A stretch of 63,444 nt of DNA, filler included, from Welwitschia mirabilis (lineage: Eukaryota), in NCBI GenBank assembly GCA_051453625.1. It is 6 parts of one record of this genome, joined end to end, with 100 filler letters (N's around TTAATTAATTAA, not from the genome) between each part and the next. Parts side by side here need not be neighbours in the genome. Positions count along the whole stretch, not along the records: positions 39,091 to 55,682 come from JBOZIK010000001.1; positions 55,783 to 58,499 come from JBOZIK010000001.1; positions 58,600 to 61,115 come from JBOZIK010000001.1; positions 61,216 to 63,444 come from JBOZIK010000001.1; 2 more parts are not named here. One strand, given 5' to 3'. Made by a program: the position numbers and the translations under genes. The stretch's first letter is position 1; each line of letters begins with the position of its first letter. A model generated the notes under the pieces. It searched no databases, was not told the origin of the DNA, and was given only the letters and a program-made list of their open reading frames with translations. Positions 51,640-63,444 of the stretch are shown piece after piece.

Positions 51640-52880
51640 GCTAATTGACTATAAGGAAGTTGTCCATCTTTGTGCATTCTCTATGCTTGCTCAACCGTTT
51701 TAGATAGCTGCTTTTGTTGTTGCTCTCCATTCCCTAGCTTTGTTGTGAGCAATTGTCATTTTCTTTAACAATTTTTCCTCCAAGTTTGAGGTCATCTTCT
51801 TTAGTTTCACTTGTTTTAAATTTGAAAAAACAAAATCCATCATCATTGATGCATTACACATTTAAGGTGATTGTGGTATATTATTTATAGTAGCAATAAC
51901 TATTGTCATGGTAGATTCAAAAAATGTACAAACGTTGTAATGGGATTTTTTGTGGTTGAAGTTGGAAGTGCAAGAACCAACACCATTAAAAATGCATAGG
52001 GGACCATAAGACTAATATAGCAAACAATTTCATAGATTGATCACTTGTATGTCTACAAGGAAAACCAAATTATTGTCATCAGCTAAAAGTACAAGGTATT
52101 GTGAACAACATATCCGTTATAGTAATAGTGCTTGATAACAATCAAACGATGATCAAAAACTAGATGAAGGAAAACACTTAAAAGGAAGAAAACGGGACCT
52201 CCTACTCTCTACTCCTTCCTCCCCAGCCTCTATTAAAAGTAAACTTTTTAATTTTTTTTTTTGGTTTAATAGTTTTGCTTGAAGCATTCAGTTACAAACC
52301 AATCCATTATTATTATTAATTGTAAATAATGCACTGATTCAATTAAAGTGTATGCACCTAAAACTAGACTACTATTGAACACTAGTGGTGGTTCTTCAAA
52401 CAAGAGATGCAATGATCTTTGCTCATTTAGTATAATAAACTGTAATTGTTGTTTTTTTAAAAAATATATGTGGCAAACTATCAATTATATCCAAGTTAGT
52501 AATTTTTAATTAAGTTGAACTCATTAACTACATTTACACAGGATTATAAAAAATGTAGTTATCATGCTTTTGCAAATCAAGTTTCATAATCTGTGAAATG
52601 CAAGACCTCAAGCTTTTTTGTTTCAGCCTCTGCTTTTGCACTTTGCATGTTAATCCAAGCATTCTCTTTGCTTCTTCTCTTTCAACTTGGAAAATAGTCT
52701 GTCTATAAATACTGACATTTAGATAAGAAATATACTTACTTGAGTATCTTTTTTGCTGATATATTTTGCTAAGAATAAAAAAGCCTATACTATTTCGATC
52801 CTTATGCATGACATTGGAAACTAGTACACATGTGTTCATATGTCTAGCAAATTCTGAATTCTCTCTTCTTCAATTTACGA
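51640..52880 (-). pseudogene. Intron-containing remorin pseudogene (C-terminal exons)
   Basis: Exon ~52686-52607 gives EREEAK..AWINMQSAKAEAETKKLE (frameshifted) followed by a GT donor at 52606. Last exon from 51810 gives VKLKKMTSNLEEKLLKKMTIAHNKAREWRA. A possible upstream exon EEERIQNLL lies near 52845-52872. Confidence 0.78.
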
Positions 52881-52949
52881 TAGGAACGAAAATAGTTAGA
52901 TAGAGGAAAGCTTGTGATAGTTTAAAAACTAATTTAACATGTGTACATA

Positions 52950-54450
52950 GCACAAAATATTGTATTTTGTTCCTATCCTTAAGAATTATAGCTTCGATGA
53001 GATCCACATGCCTTATTGATAAAAGCTTTTCTTTCCAACCTCCAATTAATTTGTCTTTCTAGAAATAATCCTAGATCTATTTAATGTGCATTAAGGGAAG
53101 GAAATAATGGTGATAATGAGAGGCATGTAAGGTAACAAATGGGAAATATTATCTTATAGAAAATAAAAACTAAATTACAAGAAAACATAAGAATAAATAC
53201 CTTAGCGTCTCGATTATGTTCCGCTTTCTAATTCTTTTTGATCCTATTTAATTATATACCAAATTTCAACCTTAGAAACTAGCTTTTGTAATTGCATATC
53301 AACACTCACATAAGATACTTAGACTATTGACATATAAACATTTAAGACATACTTAACCTTTGAGTTACAAATATTTTTCACACTTATCTATTGAATCAAT
53401 ACATTATATGTGTGTTGGACACATCTAAGAACCTTGTTTCCTTCAAATTCCTCTTGTACGTTGTCATCTTAGTTGTCAAAATACCATCAAATGATGACTA
53501 AGGAAGGAATTTATAATGTAATTCAAAAGGTGCCAAACTTGTAGAAGAGTGAACAATCCTATTATGACAATACTATAGGTAAGGCAATTTGTTATCTTAG
53601 CTTTTTAGTCATTATTGATTATAATTGCACAAAAGGTGAAAATTGGTGGAAGTGATAAGCTTTTATCCATTCTTTTAATTATGGAATTTAGTCATCCTTT
53701 TCAACTTCTTTAACCATGTCAAATCTATCATATAAGTGAAACAATCTAATATTGACAAGTAGCATTTTAGGGATGTGTCTTTTCTAAGTTAAAAATGTGT
53801 CATAAGAACTAGATCTTCTAATAAAGCATCACAACCCTTTTATAAACTAACAGGGATATGTGATTTATCATCTTCTACCATTCCTAGCCATTGTATTAGT
53901 CCTAGCTTGATATGTAATTCATCTATGAATTAGGAATGTTTTTGTAATAAACATAACTATTTACAATAATCTTTGATAAAGCTTTTTGTTAGCTTTTCAT
54001 TGAATATTCTTTCACGTTCTTTCTATTTTACATTTTCAAATTAATTATATTCAAAAATTTTCTATATATCTAACAATAAATACAAAGTAAAAGGCCCCTT
54101 ATCCATAGACTAGGCTTGGAGAATTGTTGTTGCTAGTGGTCATACTTCTACCAAGTTCTAATAGATTATAAGGTAAAGACCTTTCTCAATAATGTTTTGC
54201 TTATGATGAAAATTAATAATGTGAAATTACATTAAGCAAGAAATTAGTAGCCTAGTTTACTTGCTTCTTCGACATTATAAGGTAAAGCTTTTTGGGCAAT
54301 TATATTTCATATATAGTTGTCTTCTTATCTTTAATAATTAGATAACTACAATAGATTCATGTGTTTAATCCAAAGAGGTAAAGGTATGCCTTCACCAAAA
54401 TCTTAAGCAACATGAAGTTAGTGGCACATTGATAATGATAGAAGAAATCA
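52950..54450 (-). mobile_element. Possible highly decayed hAT transposase remnant
   Basis: Minus-strand NAH*IDL at ~53075-53095 resembles the hAT CAAHCIDL motif; other motifs are too degraded to confirm. Confidence 0.25.
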
Positions 54451-55582
54451 ACTTTAAAGATAACTAAGCTTTCTATCAATTCATGTATACACTTTAAATG
54501 CATACATTTTGCATAATGATTTATAGTTTAAGTAAATAAAATGTTAAAATCATGATGAGTGTTTTGGTTTTCATTCTTGAAATAGTGGATAATCCTAGTA
54601 GCATTTAAATCTAAATGATGAACTCTAACAAAAGGCTTATTTCCTTTGTAGTCAACATATATCTATTTTAATTTAAAAATTAACATTAACTAAACCTTTG
54701 CATAAATAATTACTTAATTATTATCTTCCTTACTAACTTATTAATTGATGTAGTGAAAACAAATACCATGATAAAAGTTTTTTGTGCTACTAGCCATGAT
54801 GAGTACGTATGAGTGAGTAGGTTTCTAGCAATGTGCATGGATAAAGGACCCACAAAAACTTACTTTAGGAAATTTTATTTGATAAAATCTTATTTGGTCT
54901 TATTAATATGATAATGAGTTTGTTTGGATAAATATTGATTACATTAAGGAGCAAGGAGAAGGATGATAGTATACAACAAAGTTTCAAAATGTAATAGGTT
55001 TTAATAATCTTAGAGAGCTAGGAGTCCAGTTCTTGTAAACCACTATTTTAATAGAACTTTCTATATGTATTTTGTAATAGCTTTATAGCAAGATAATTAG
55101 TATAGATGTTACATTTACAATTTTAACCCTTACTTATAGGTATCAATTCCAATATGGTCTTAGTTGTAAAGCATATAGAAGATTAAATGAGATTATGAAG
55201 AGGTAGAAAAAGTAAATGCTATTGTGAGAATAAATGAAGAAGTTGCTTGTATAATTTATAAAGAAAAAAAAAAACAATAGTTATAAAGGTTTACCTTGCC
55301 AAGGTATCCTTGAGTTCATTAATGATATGAGGATAAAATGCCGCATGAATATATTTGATGACTCATGTGCATAGATTTTTAATGTGTTTTAGAAAAGTTC
55401 TTAAGGATGTCATATATCAAAAGTAAATTTACTAGCTACTAGAGGTAAATTTTGGAGAATGTTTCACTTTCTACAGCTAGATATTTATTCATTCCTAGGT
55501 AGCATACCTATAATATTTGTAAGGAGATTAGGCCCAAACATAAGAAGTGTATTAATAATAAAGTAAGTGTACGAATGTGGTA

Positions 55583-58499
55583 TGTGATAAGATCGAGAAA
55601 CTTGGGGGGGAGGGGTGAATAGGTTCTTTCAAAAACTCAATAAATAATCTAAAAAAAATCAATTTAAAACACAAATTACATANNNNNNNNNNNNNNNNNN
55701 NNNNNNNNNNNNNNNNNNNNNNNNNNTTAATTAATTAANNNNNNNNNNNNNNNNNNNNNNNNNNNNNNNNNNNNNNNNNNNNGTAAATGCTGGTGATAAG
55801 CATAGAGTAGGATAAAGCCCTAGTTCTATGACACTCCAACTATGAGACCATATTCTTCAGTATTATGGCAGGAGCATTAATAGAATGCTTAGTTCCTACC
55901 AAGTACATCAAATAGGCTTGATAGCAGGAGGCCTCATCACGATGGCCAACTAAAGGTAAAAAGTTATAGGTGAAAATCAAATGAAGAAAATGATATTTAT
56001 AAGTCAATAAAGAGGTAGACAAAGTGTGCTTCCATGTGTCAAAACTACCACAAAGCTCCCTGGTAACCACAGGCTTATCTTCCATGGTATCTCTAAGAGG
56101 CCAAAACTCCTCATAGTCCTCCTTCGGAAGATTAATTGAGAGATGAGATTTGCAGTTACTCTTATCCTTTTCTCCAAAATAAGGGTTTCTAAAGTCCTAG
56201 AGTCATGATCAAAAGAGGCATTACAATAAAACATTATAATAAGAANNNNNNNNNNNNNNNNNNNNNNNNNNNNNNNNNNNNNNNNNNNNNNNNNNNNNNN
56301 NNNNNNNNNNNNNNNNNNNNNNNNNNNNNNNNNNNNNNNNNNNNNNNNNNNNNNNNNNNNNNNNNNNNNNNNNNNNNNNNNNNNNNNNNNNNNNNNNNNN
56401 NNNNNNNNNNNNNNNNNNNNNNNNNNNNNNNNNNNNNNNNNNNNNNNNNNNNNNNNNNNNNNNNNNNNNNNNNNNNNNNNNNNNNNNNNNNNNNNNNNNN
56501 NNNNNNNNNNNNNNNNNNNNNNNNNNNNNNNNNNNNNNNNNNNNNNNNNNNNNNNNNNNNNNNNNNNNNNNNNNNNNNNNNNNNNNNNNNNNNNNNNNNN
56601 NNNNNNNNNNNNNNNNNNNNNNNNNNNNNNNNNNNNNNNNNNNNNNNNNNNNNNNNNNNNNNNNNNNNNNNNNNNNNNNNNNNNNNNNNNNNNNNNNNNN
56701 NNNNNNNNNNNNNNNNNNNNNNNNNNNNNNNNNNNNNNNNNNNNNNNNNNNNNNNNNNNNNNNNNNNNNNNNNNNNNNNNNNNNNNNNNNNNNNNNNNNN
56801 NNNNNNNNNNNNNNNNNNNNNNNNNNNNNNNNNNNNNNNNNNNNNNNNNNNNNNNNNNNNNNNNNNNNNNNNNNNNNNNNNNNNNNNNNNNNNNNNNNNN
56901 NNNNNNNNNNNNNNNNNNNNNNNNNNNNNNNNNNNNNNNNNNNNNNNNNNNNNNNNNNNNNNNNNNNNNNNNNNNNNNNNNNNNNNNNNNNNNNNNNNTT
57001 TGCTAAAAAAATAGAAACATTTCTTTTTTCATCTACAACATTGCATTCTGATTTTTCAAAGATTACTTTGTGACCTTTGTCACATAATTGAATCACACTC
57101 AATAAATTGTGTTTTAATCTATTGACATAAAGCACATCATCAAGTTTAGGTAACTTATCTTTCTTGATGCATCTAATACCTTCTATTTTTGCTATTTCAT
57201 TGTTTTCAAAGATGACTTCTCCTCCATTTATGCTCTTTAGATGNNNNNNNNNNNNNNNNNNNNNNNNNNNNNNNNNNNNNNNNNNNNNNNNNNNNNNNNN
57301 NNNNNNNNNNNNNNNNNNNNNNNNNNNNNNNNNNNNNNNNNNNCTTGATGCATCTAATACCTTCTATTTTTGCTAGTTCATTGTTTTCAAAGATGACTTC
57401 TCCTCCATTTATGCTCTTTAGATGTTGAAAGATTGATTTTATCTTAACATATGCCTTTAGCAATCACTGTCTAGATACCAACTGTTCATATGTGGTCCTT
57501 TGAAAGCTATCTGTGTCAGAAAACTTTGAAGATTGTTAGCTTTAACCCATTTAGTCTTATTAGACTTAGGTAGTACATGTTTCTTAGGAACAAACTTAAA
57601 AGGCAAGGCATTTATATTTTTAGAGAAAAACATCAATTATCTAACTTTACAAAAATACTTTGAATGACCAAGTTTCTTACAAAAATTACATAAAAGATTA
57701 GGCACATACTTACTCTTCTGGTTTACCTATTCTTGTGATTTTTGTGACTTAGAGCCAATACCTGATTTGTCTCTAGTGGGCTTTCGTACTCCAAGCATCT
57801 ATTCCAATTTAGAAGAGCTACCAAAAAATTTATTTACCAAAAAAAAAAGATCTTTTAGCTAAGAAATTAGCTTGATGTTGTCAGATTTGAGCACATTGTA
57901 TTTCTCTTCCAATTCCTTCTTTTCTTTGAAAATAAAATTCACTATTTTATTTAAATAATTTATTCTCTTGGCTAGCTTTTCACACTTGTTATACAACTCT
58001 TGACATGTGTCTTCTAACTCATTATTTTCTTCATTAATCATATCCAAATCATCAGGCATTGATGTACTAGAAACATCTGGGAGTAACGGCACAAAATCCA
58101 TAAAAGACAACATTCTATCTCTGTTTAATTCATAATCTAAATAGTTTTCATCATCTTCATCATCTTCATTATCCTAAGTAGCCATGAATGAGGGATTCTT
58201 TGACTTTCTGTTATCTATCCTATTGTTAGGACACTCATTTGTCATATGTTCAAATCCTTTTCATGAGTAGAATTGAATTTATTTTCCCTTTTCTTGCTCC
58301 CTTCTTTGTTTTAAAGGATATTTCTTTGCATTCCTACTTGATTCTTCTTCCTTTTTCTTTCTATGAAGAAATTTTATGAATCTTCTAGCTAGAAGAGGTA
58401 CTTTGTGATCCTAGAATTCCTCATTTAATCTGTTAGATCTATAGTCTTCCTGCACACATTTTAAAGTAATAACTTTTTGTTTATCTTTAATAAATTTAA
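55583..58499 (-). mobile_element. SIRE-like Ty1/copia fragments: LTR 3' end, env-like ORF (55783-56245), protease and gag
   Basis: ggggggaggggtgaatagg (~55605-55623) is the reverse complement of the SIRE LTR signal. Env-like peptides: MFYCNA..RIRVTANLI and FLHLIFTYNFLPLVGHRD..YLMY..INAPAII. Protease WYLDSDC*RHM (~57450-57481), LKHNLLSVIQLCDKG, zinc knuckle CNFCKKLGH (~57665-57692). Several gaps, one with a scaffold linker. Confidence 0.82.
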
Positions 58500-58599
58500 N
58501 NNNNNNNNNNNNNNNNNNNNNNNNNNNNNNNNNNNNNNNNNNNTTAATTAATTAANNNNNNNNNNNNNNNNNNNNNNNNNNNNNNNNNNNNNNNNNNNN

Positions 58600-61115
58600 C
58601 TAAAAGGTTGATGATTGTTTTAGAAATATGTGTTCAACCTAGGTTGTACTTGATTTTGGTTTTGGAAGTTTTAATATGATTAATTAAAGCAAGAACTTCC
58701 TCATGAATCCTTGCCTTATAAGTTGGCAGAAGAGGACAATTTTGTAGTAACATGATAGTTTTAAATCACAGGTTTGAACAACATTTCTTTCAGTGGCATT
58801 TTTAACATCTAAGATCATTTTTATATATTTCTTTAAGGTTGTTTTAAATTCCCTCATGAGATTTATAGGGTTTTCTTCTACCTCTTTTTATTGCTTCACC
58901 TATTTTAATTTCTTAAAGATTTGACATACCATTTGTTTTTCTTTAGGTATAGATCAAGTTTTACTAACCTCCATAATTTCTTCTAATTTTATCTAGGCAT
59001 CATCTAGTGTAAGGTTCAAGAGGTTTCCTCCATAAGATAAATCTACAAGTTGTTTTGTATGTGGAGTTATCCTACTATAAAATTAGTTTAGTTGTTCTAA
59101 TTTTAAAAAAGTATCTACTAGATTAGAATGGACTGCTACAAGAAACGTTCATATGTGGAGGCATAATCTTTATTTGGATTTTGTTGACAGTTTGTTACCT
59201 CCCTTTTTCTTTTCCTTATAGTTTTTTCACTCATAAATCTTCTTATAAAGGTTTCCTAGACTTGATCCCATGTTTTTAAGCTTTTTTGGAGTAAAGTTTT
59301 TAGTCAAAGTTTTGCTCTACCTTTTAAAGTCATGGGAAAAATTACCATGTATTTCTATCTATTATTCTTTTCTTCCCATTTTTCGATGTGAGGATAAGTT
59401 ATTCAATGTCTCCTATGTGTTGAATAATATCTTCATCTTATTCTTCACTAAAATTTGGGTAAGCATGTAAATGTTTAAGCTCTACATCATCCCCTAGTGG
59501 TAGATCAAACAGTGTTTAAATTTCTCTATTTTGGTTGGCTAATAATTCTCTAAGGGTGAGGTTGGTAGAAGATCCTACTACTTGTTTTTGTTTATAAGAA
59601 GCACTTAATATTGTAGGTGGGTTTTCTCCTTCTATATGTTTTTCATTAAGGAAATCATATTCAAAAAGAATAAATTCAGAAGGATGATTGAGTGCACCTA
59701 GAGATTGTTCTTCTGACACTTTTTCTATGTTTACCAGTCCTTCTTTAAGGTTTTGTTCTATCAGCTTCTTTTTTTTGAGATATTTTTTCTCTAGATTAAC
59801 CATATCATAGCATCCTACAAATAGAAAATAACAGAAAACAAATCAAAAAATAACAAACTGTTATCCTATCTGTCATCTGGACGACAGAAGAAATGATGCA
59901 CATAGAAAATTAAAAAAACATAAATAGAACCAAAATTCAAACAAAAAACAAAAAATACAAAAAAAAGGTTGTCACCTGCCTTGTCATCTATATATCACAG
60001 AAGATGATAGAGACTAATTTATTACAAAAAAATCATGATCCAAAACTAAACACAAAACCAAAAATTCACATTATCTTCCTGACTATTATGGGGATGATAG
60101 AGGGGACAACCACACTTTTTAATAAAAAATCTAAATCTAAAGAATCAAAGCTGAAACATAGAACACAAAAATCATAAAGCTCCTAATAAATATAATGTTG
60201 CATAGATAAATAACTGGAATACTTTTATAAATGATGATAACCCTTGTACTCCTTGATAGCCTCCCTCGGCAATGGCTCTAATTTGTTGTGGCGAGTATTT
60301 ATGCACATTTTTACATTTNNNNNNNNNNNNNNNNNNNNNNNNNNNNNNNNNNNNNNNNNNNNNNNNNNNNNNNNNNNNNNNNNNNNNNNNNNNNNNNNNN
60401 NNNNNNNNNNNNNNNNNNNNNNNNNNNNNNNNNNNNNNNNNNNNNNNNNNNNNNNNNNNNNNNNNNNNNNNNNNNNNNNNNNNNNNNNNNNNNNNNNNNN
60501 NNNNNNNNNNNNNNNNNNNNNNNNNNNNNNNNNNNNNNNNNNNNNNNNNNNNNNNNNNNNNNNNNNNNNNNNNNNNNNNNNNNNNNNNNNNNNNNNNNNN
60601 NNNNNNNNNNNNNNNNNNNNNNNNNNNNNNNNNNNNNNNNNNNNNNNNNNNNNNNNNNNNNNNNNNNNNNNNNNNNNNNNNNNNNNNNNNNNNNNNNNNN
60701 NNNNNNNNNNNNNNNNNNNNNNNNNNNNNNNNNNNNNNNNNNNNNNNNNNNNNNNNNNNNNNNNNNNNNNNNNNNNNNNNNNNNNNNNNNNNNNNNNNNN
60801 NNNNNNNNNNNNNNNNNNNNNNNNNNNNNNNNNNNNNNNNNNNNNNNNNNNNNNNNNNNNNNNNNNNNNNNNGTTTTATTTTTAGGAAATACAATAGAAA
60901 TGGATAGATAGAAGGTGTAGTTACATGCACTTATTTAGTTCTTAGAAACAGACAAAATGACTAAGATAATCTGTCAGTGATAGTTACATGTCAGTGTCGT
61001 CTGGGCTGTCATCCGGATGACATGGGGGATGACAAATCATTACAAAATATCATGTAAGTGATAACTGAACAGTCCACATAAGCATTCATCATCCTGACTA
61101 TTGTGGAAACGATGG
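58600..61115 (-). mobile_element. Athila-like gag, 5' UTR, PBS (60262-60280) and partial 5' LTR (from 60284)
   Basis: ORF 59516-59803 ends LTLRELLANQNREI, as in the other gag copies; PBS TAGAGCCATTGCCGAGGGA; the LTR end reads TGTTGTGGCG on the + strand. Confidence 0.8.
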
Positions 61116-61215
61116 NNNNNNNNNNNNNNNNNNNNNNNNNNNNNNNNNNNNNNNNNNNNTTAATTAATTAANNNNNNNNNNNNNNNNNNNNNNNNNNNNN
61201 NNNNNNNNNNNNNNN

Positions 61216-63444
61216 TCATCTCATCCTTTCACAGTAGTCATGCCATGGTGATCTATCTATAGATCTTAACAGTTTTCAAGTAAGGTAAGTAGATGCACTT
61301 ACCTATATTATATTAAGGATACTTAGGATTATGGTAGAGGAACATTAGTTATAAAATTTGAGATACTTAGTTATAAACTTTAAGATATTTATTCCTCCTC
61401 TTAGTCATGTTTAGACACTTTAAGATACTAGAGCCCATAGATGAGTAGCAACTTACACAGTTATAGACTTCACCTTGTTACTTATAGGACATGAGCAGAT
61501 AGGTACCAAGAGAGGTAGAGAGACCTCAAATTTATAGATCTATAATTTATGCTTCACTAGAGTAGATTCAAGACCTTTTAATAGAGATCACTGAGATCAT
61601 AAAAGGTTTTATTAACTGAGGTATCTCAACACTTGAGTAAAGGATTTAAACAATTTAGTAGAGGATCTGAATGATTGAGAGAAGAGTACAGCACTCTAAG
61701 GAGAAGCTAGTGGATATACATTAGTGCATTCTATCTATTGGGTTGAGTGTAACAGTTGATTTCCCAGAGATAGTTTTAATATAAGGAGANNNNNNNNNNN
61801 NNNNNNNNNNNNNNNNNNNNNNNNNNNNNNNNNNNNNNNNNNNNNNNNNNNNNNNNNNNNNNNNNNNNNNNNNNNNNNNNNNNNNNNNNNNNNNNNNNNN
61901 NNNNNNNNNNNNNNNNNNNNNNNNNNNNNNNNNNNNNNNNNNNNNNNNNNNNNNNNNNNNNNNNNNNNNNNNNNNNNNNNNNNNNNNNNNNNNNNNNNNN
62001 NNNNNNNNNNNNNNNNNNNNNNNNNNNNNNNNNNNNNNNNNNNNNNNNNNNNNNNNNNNNNNNNNNNNNNNNNNNNNNNNNNNNNNNNNNNNNNNNNNNN
62101 NNNNNNNNNNNNNNNNNNNNNNNNNNNNNNNNNNNNNNNNNNNNNNNNNNNNNNNNNNNNNNNNNNNNNNNNNNNNNNNNNNNNNNNNNNNNNNNNNNNN
62201 NNNNNATGTTTAGTTATCTATTTTTGACAATTTTGTCTGCATTTCTAAGATTTATGAAATTCTTTCTAAGATCATTTTACAATGCCTTAGTTATTTTTAT
62301 TAATAGTCAACTTGGCTTGTAATCATGGTTATCCACCTAGTTTTATTAGGAACTGACAAGGCTAAGTTGGATACTATGTTTCACTTCCAACTTATATGTA
62401 TTTGATAAGGTATTTTAAGTAGTTTTGCAGGACATTATATAGATTTATGCTAAATTTTGGTAAGAATGATGAGTTAAGAAGAATGATATAAAACATATAA
62501 TCTTCACTACATTTTATAACATTTTAGATAATTTACAATATTTCCTATGTAAAGTAAAATCCTATAAATAATGAGGCTAATGTGATACATGAAGAATTAT
62601 ATAAAAGTCTATCATCCACCTTATCGTCTGGATATCTGTATGGAGGATAAAACACTTAGTCAAAGGATAATGCCAACTAGATCAATCTAGTAGCTGATGT
62701 AGAACTCTTATGATGTAGAATTGTCTCCTGTATTATCTGGACAACTAGTAGGATGATACTAGAGATATATGCTTCACTAAACTTCACCAACTCTGACCAT
62801 TTATCTTACACTTCCCTACATGGTTATTAGGGGTATTCACAGCTCTATTAGTCTTGTCTATCTTTAAATTCTATTTTGAAAATAAGTACCTCCTTCATCC
62901 TTGACCTTATTTTATCTTCATTTGCATTGAAAATTCTCATAATAGAAGATCAAATGATCATAGATGCATCCATTGTTGTTGTAGAGAGATGTCTTTTTTA
63001 GTGTTGGACTATGTATCCTTCATTGAGGTGCTACTACTGTATAACATAGATGTTGGTTAGATTCTAATTTAAAACTCTCTTTTATTTTCATATCTTTATT
63101 TTGTGAATATCCTTTATGGTTTATGTTACTTCTAATTTCATGACAACTTCTTTAGTGATATAGATCCTGAGAACAACCTTTGTTAAGATTGACATTGTTA
63201 GTTTAGATGTATCGCATTTCCTTTACTAAATTAACTTTACATTGTTTTTATATTCTATTAGATGTACTTAGGTTGGTTTTTATCTGGTGATGGCATTTAC
63301 TAATTATCTAGATTATACAGGGTTAAACTTTGTGATAGGTTGATTTAGTAATTGGACAGAAGTTGCATTTATTTTAAACTTGCATTTCATTTGCATAGTA
63401 TATTTGCATTATTATTTCTATATTGTTATTTATTTCTACTTTAA
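61216..63444 (+). mobile_element. Athila-like extra-ORF remnant, 3' region, PPT and 3' LTR (from 62377, runs off window)
   Basis: 61500-61790 is similar to the reverse complement of 10130-10390; gacaaggctaagttggatacta precedes TGTTTCAC; the LTR body resembles the other copies. Confidence 0.75.

Noticed and set aside
57163..57424. ~80-bp direct repeat around a 100-N gap (similar cases at 13014/13145 and 25498/25886)
   Set aside because: Near-identical sequence on both sides of a gap is most simply unmerged contig overlap.
23600..61171. Five identical TTAATTAATTAA palindromes
   Set aside because: Each is centred in 44N+44N; this is an artificial six-frame-stop scaffold linker. Order and linkage across these points are uncertain.
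1..63444. Naming the species
   Set aside because: AT-rich deaminated repeats, the RT type and the divergent psaB hint at a non-angiosperm vascular plant, but this cannot be settled without a search.

Overview
Land-plant nuclear DNA from a gapped scaffold, very AT-rich and dominated by decayed transposons. The only intact gene is a 9-exon RAD51 (+ strand, 46281-49215, 341 aa by manual splicing). Its introns 4 and 5 both need GC donors, and its promoter has candidate SOG1 and E2F motifs. Downstream on the opposite strand is an intron-containing remorin pseudogene whose 3' part is duplicated, with a plastid psaB fragment at the duplication breakpoint. The first ~44 kb and last ~8 kb are nested dead elements: a Helitron-type Rep-PIF1 element, several SIRE-like Ty1/copia fragments and several Athila-like Ty3/gypsy elements, including one complete element with a 5-bp TSD and one TSD-flanked probable solo LTR. 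Decay in these elements is dominated by C>T/G>A changes, including non-CG contexts. The TTAATTAATTAA words inside N-runs are scaffolding linkers. All calls come from reading and hand-translating the sequence; no database search was run. I found no clearly new multi-gene system. The best leads are the paired GC-AG introns, the unusual Helitron and the plastid-filled duplication junction.
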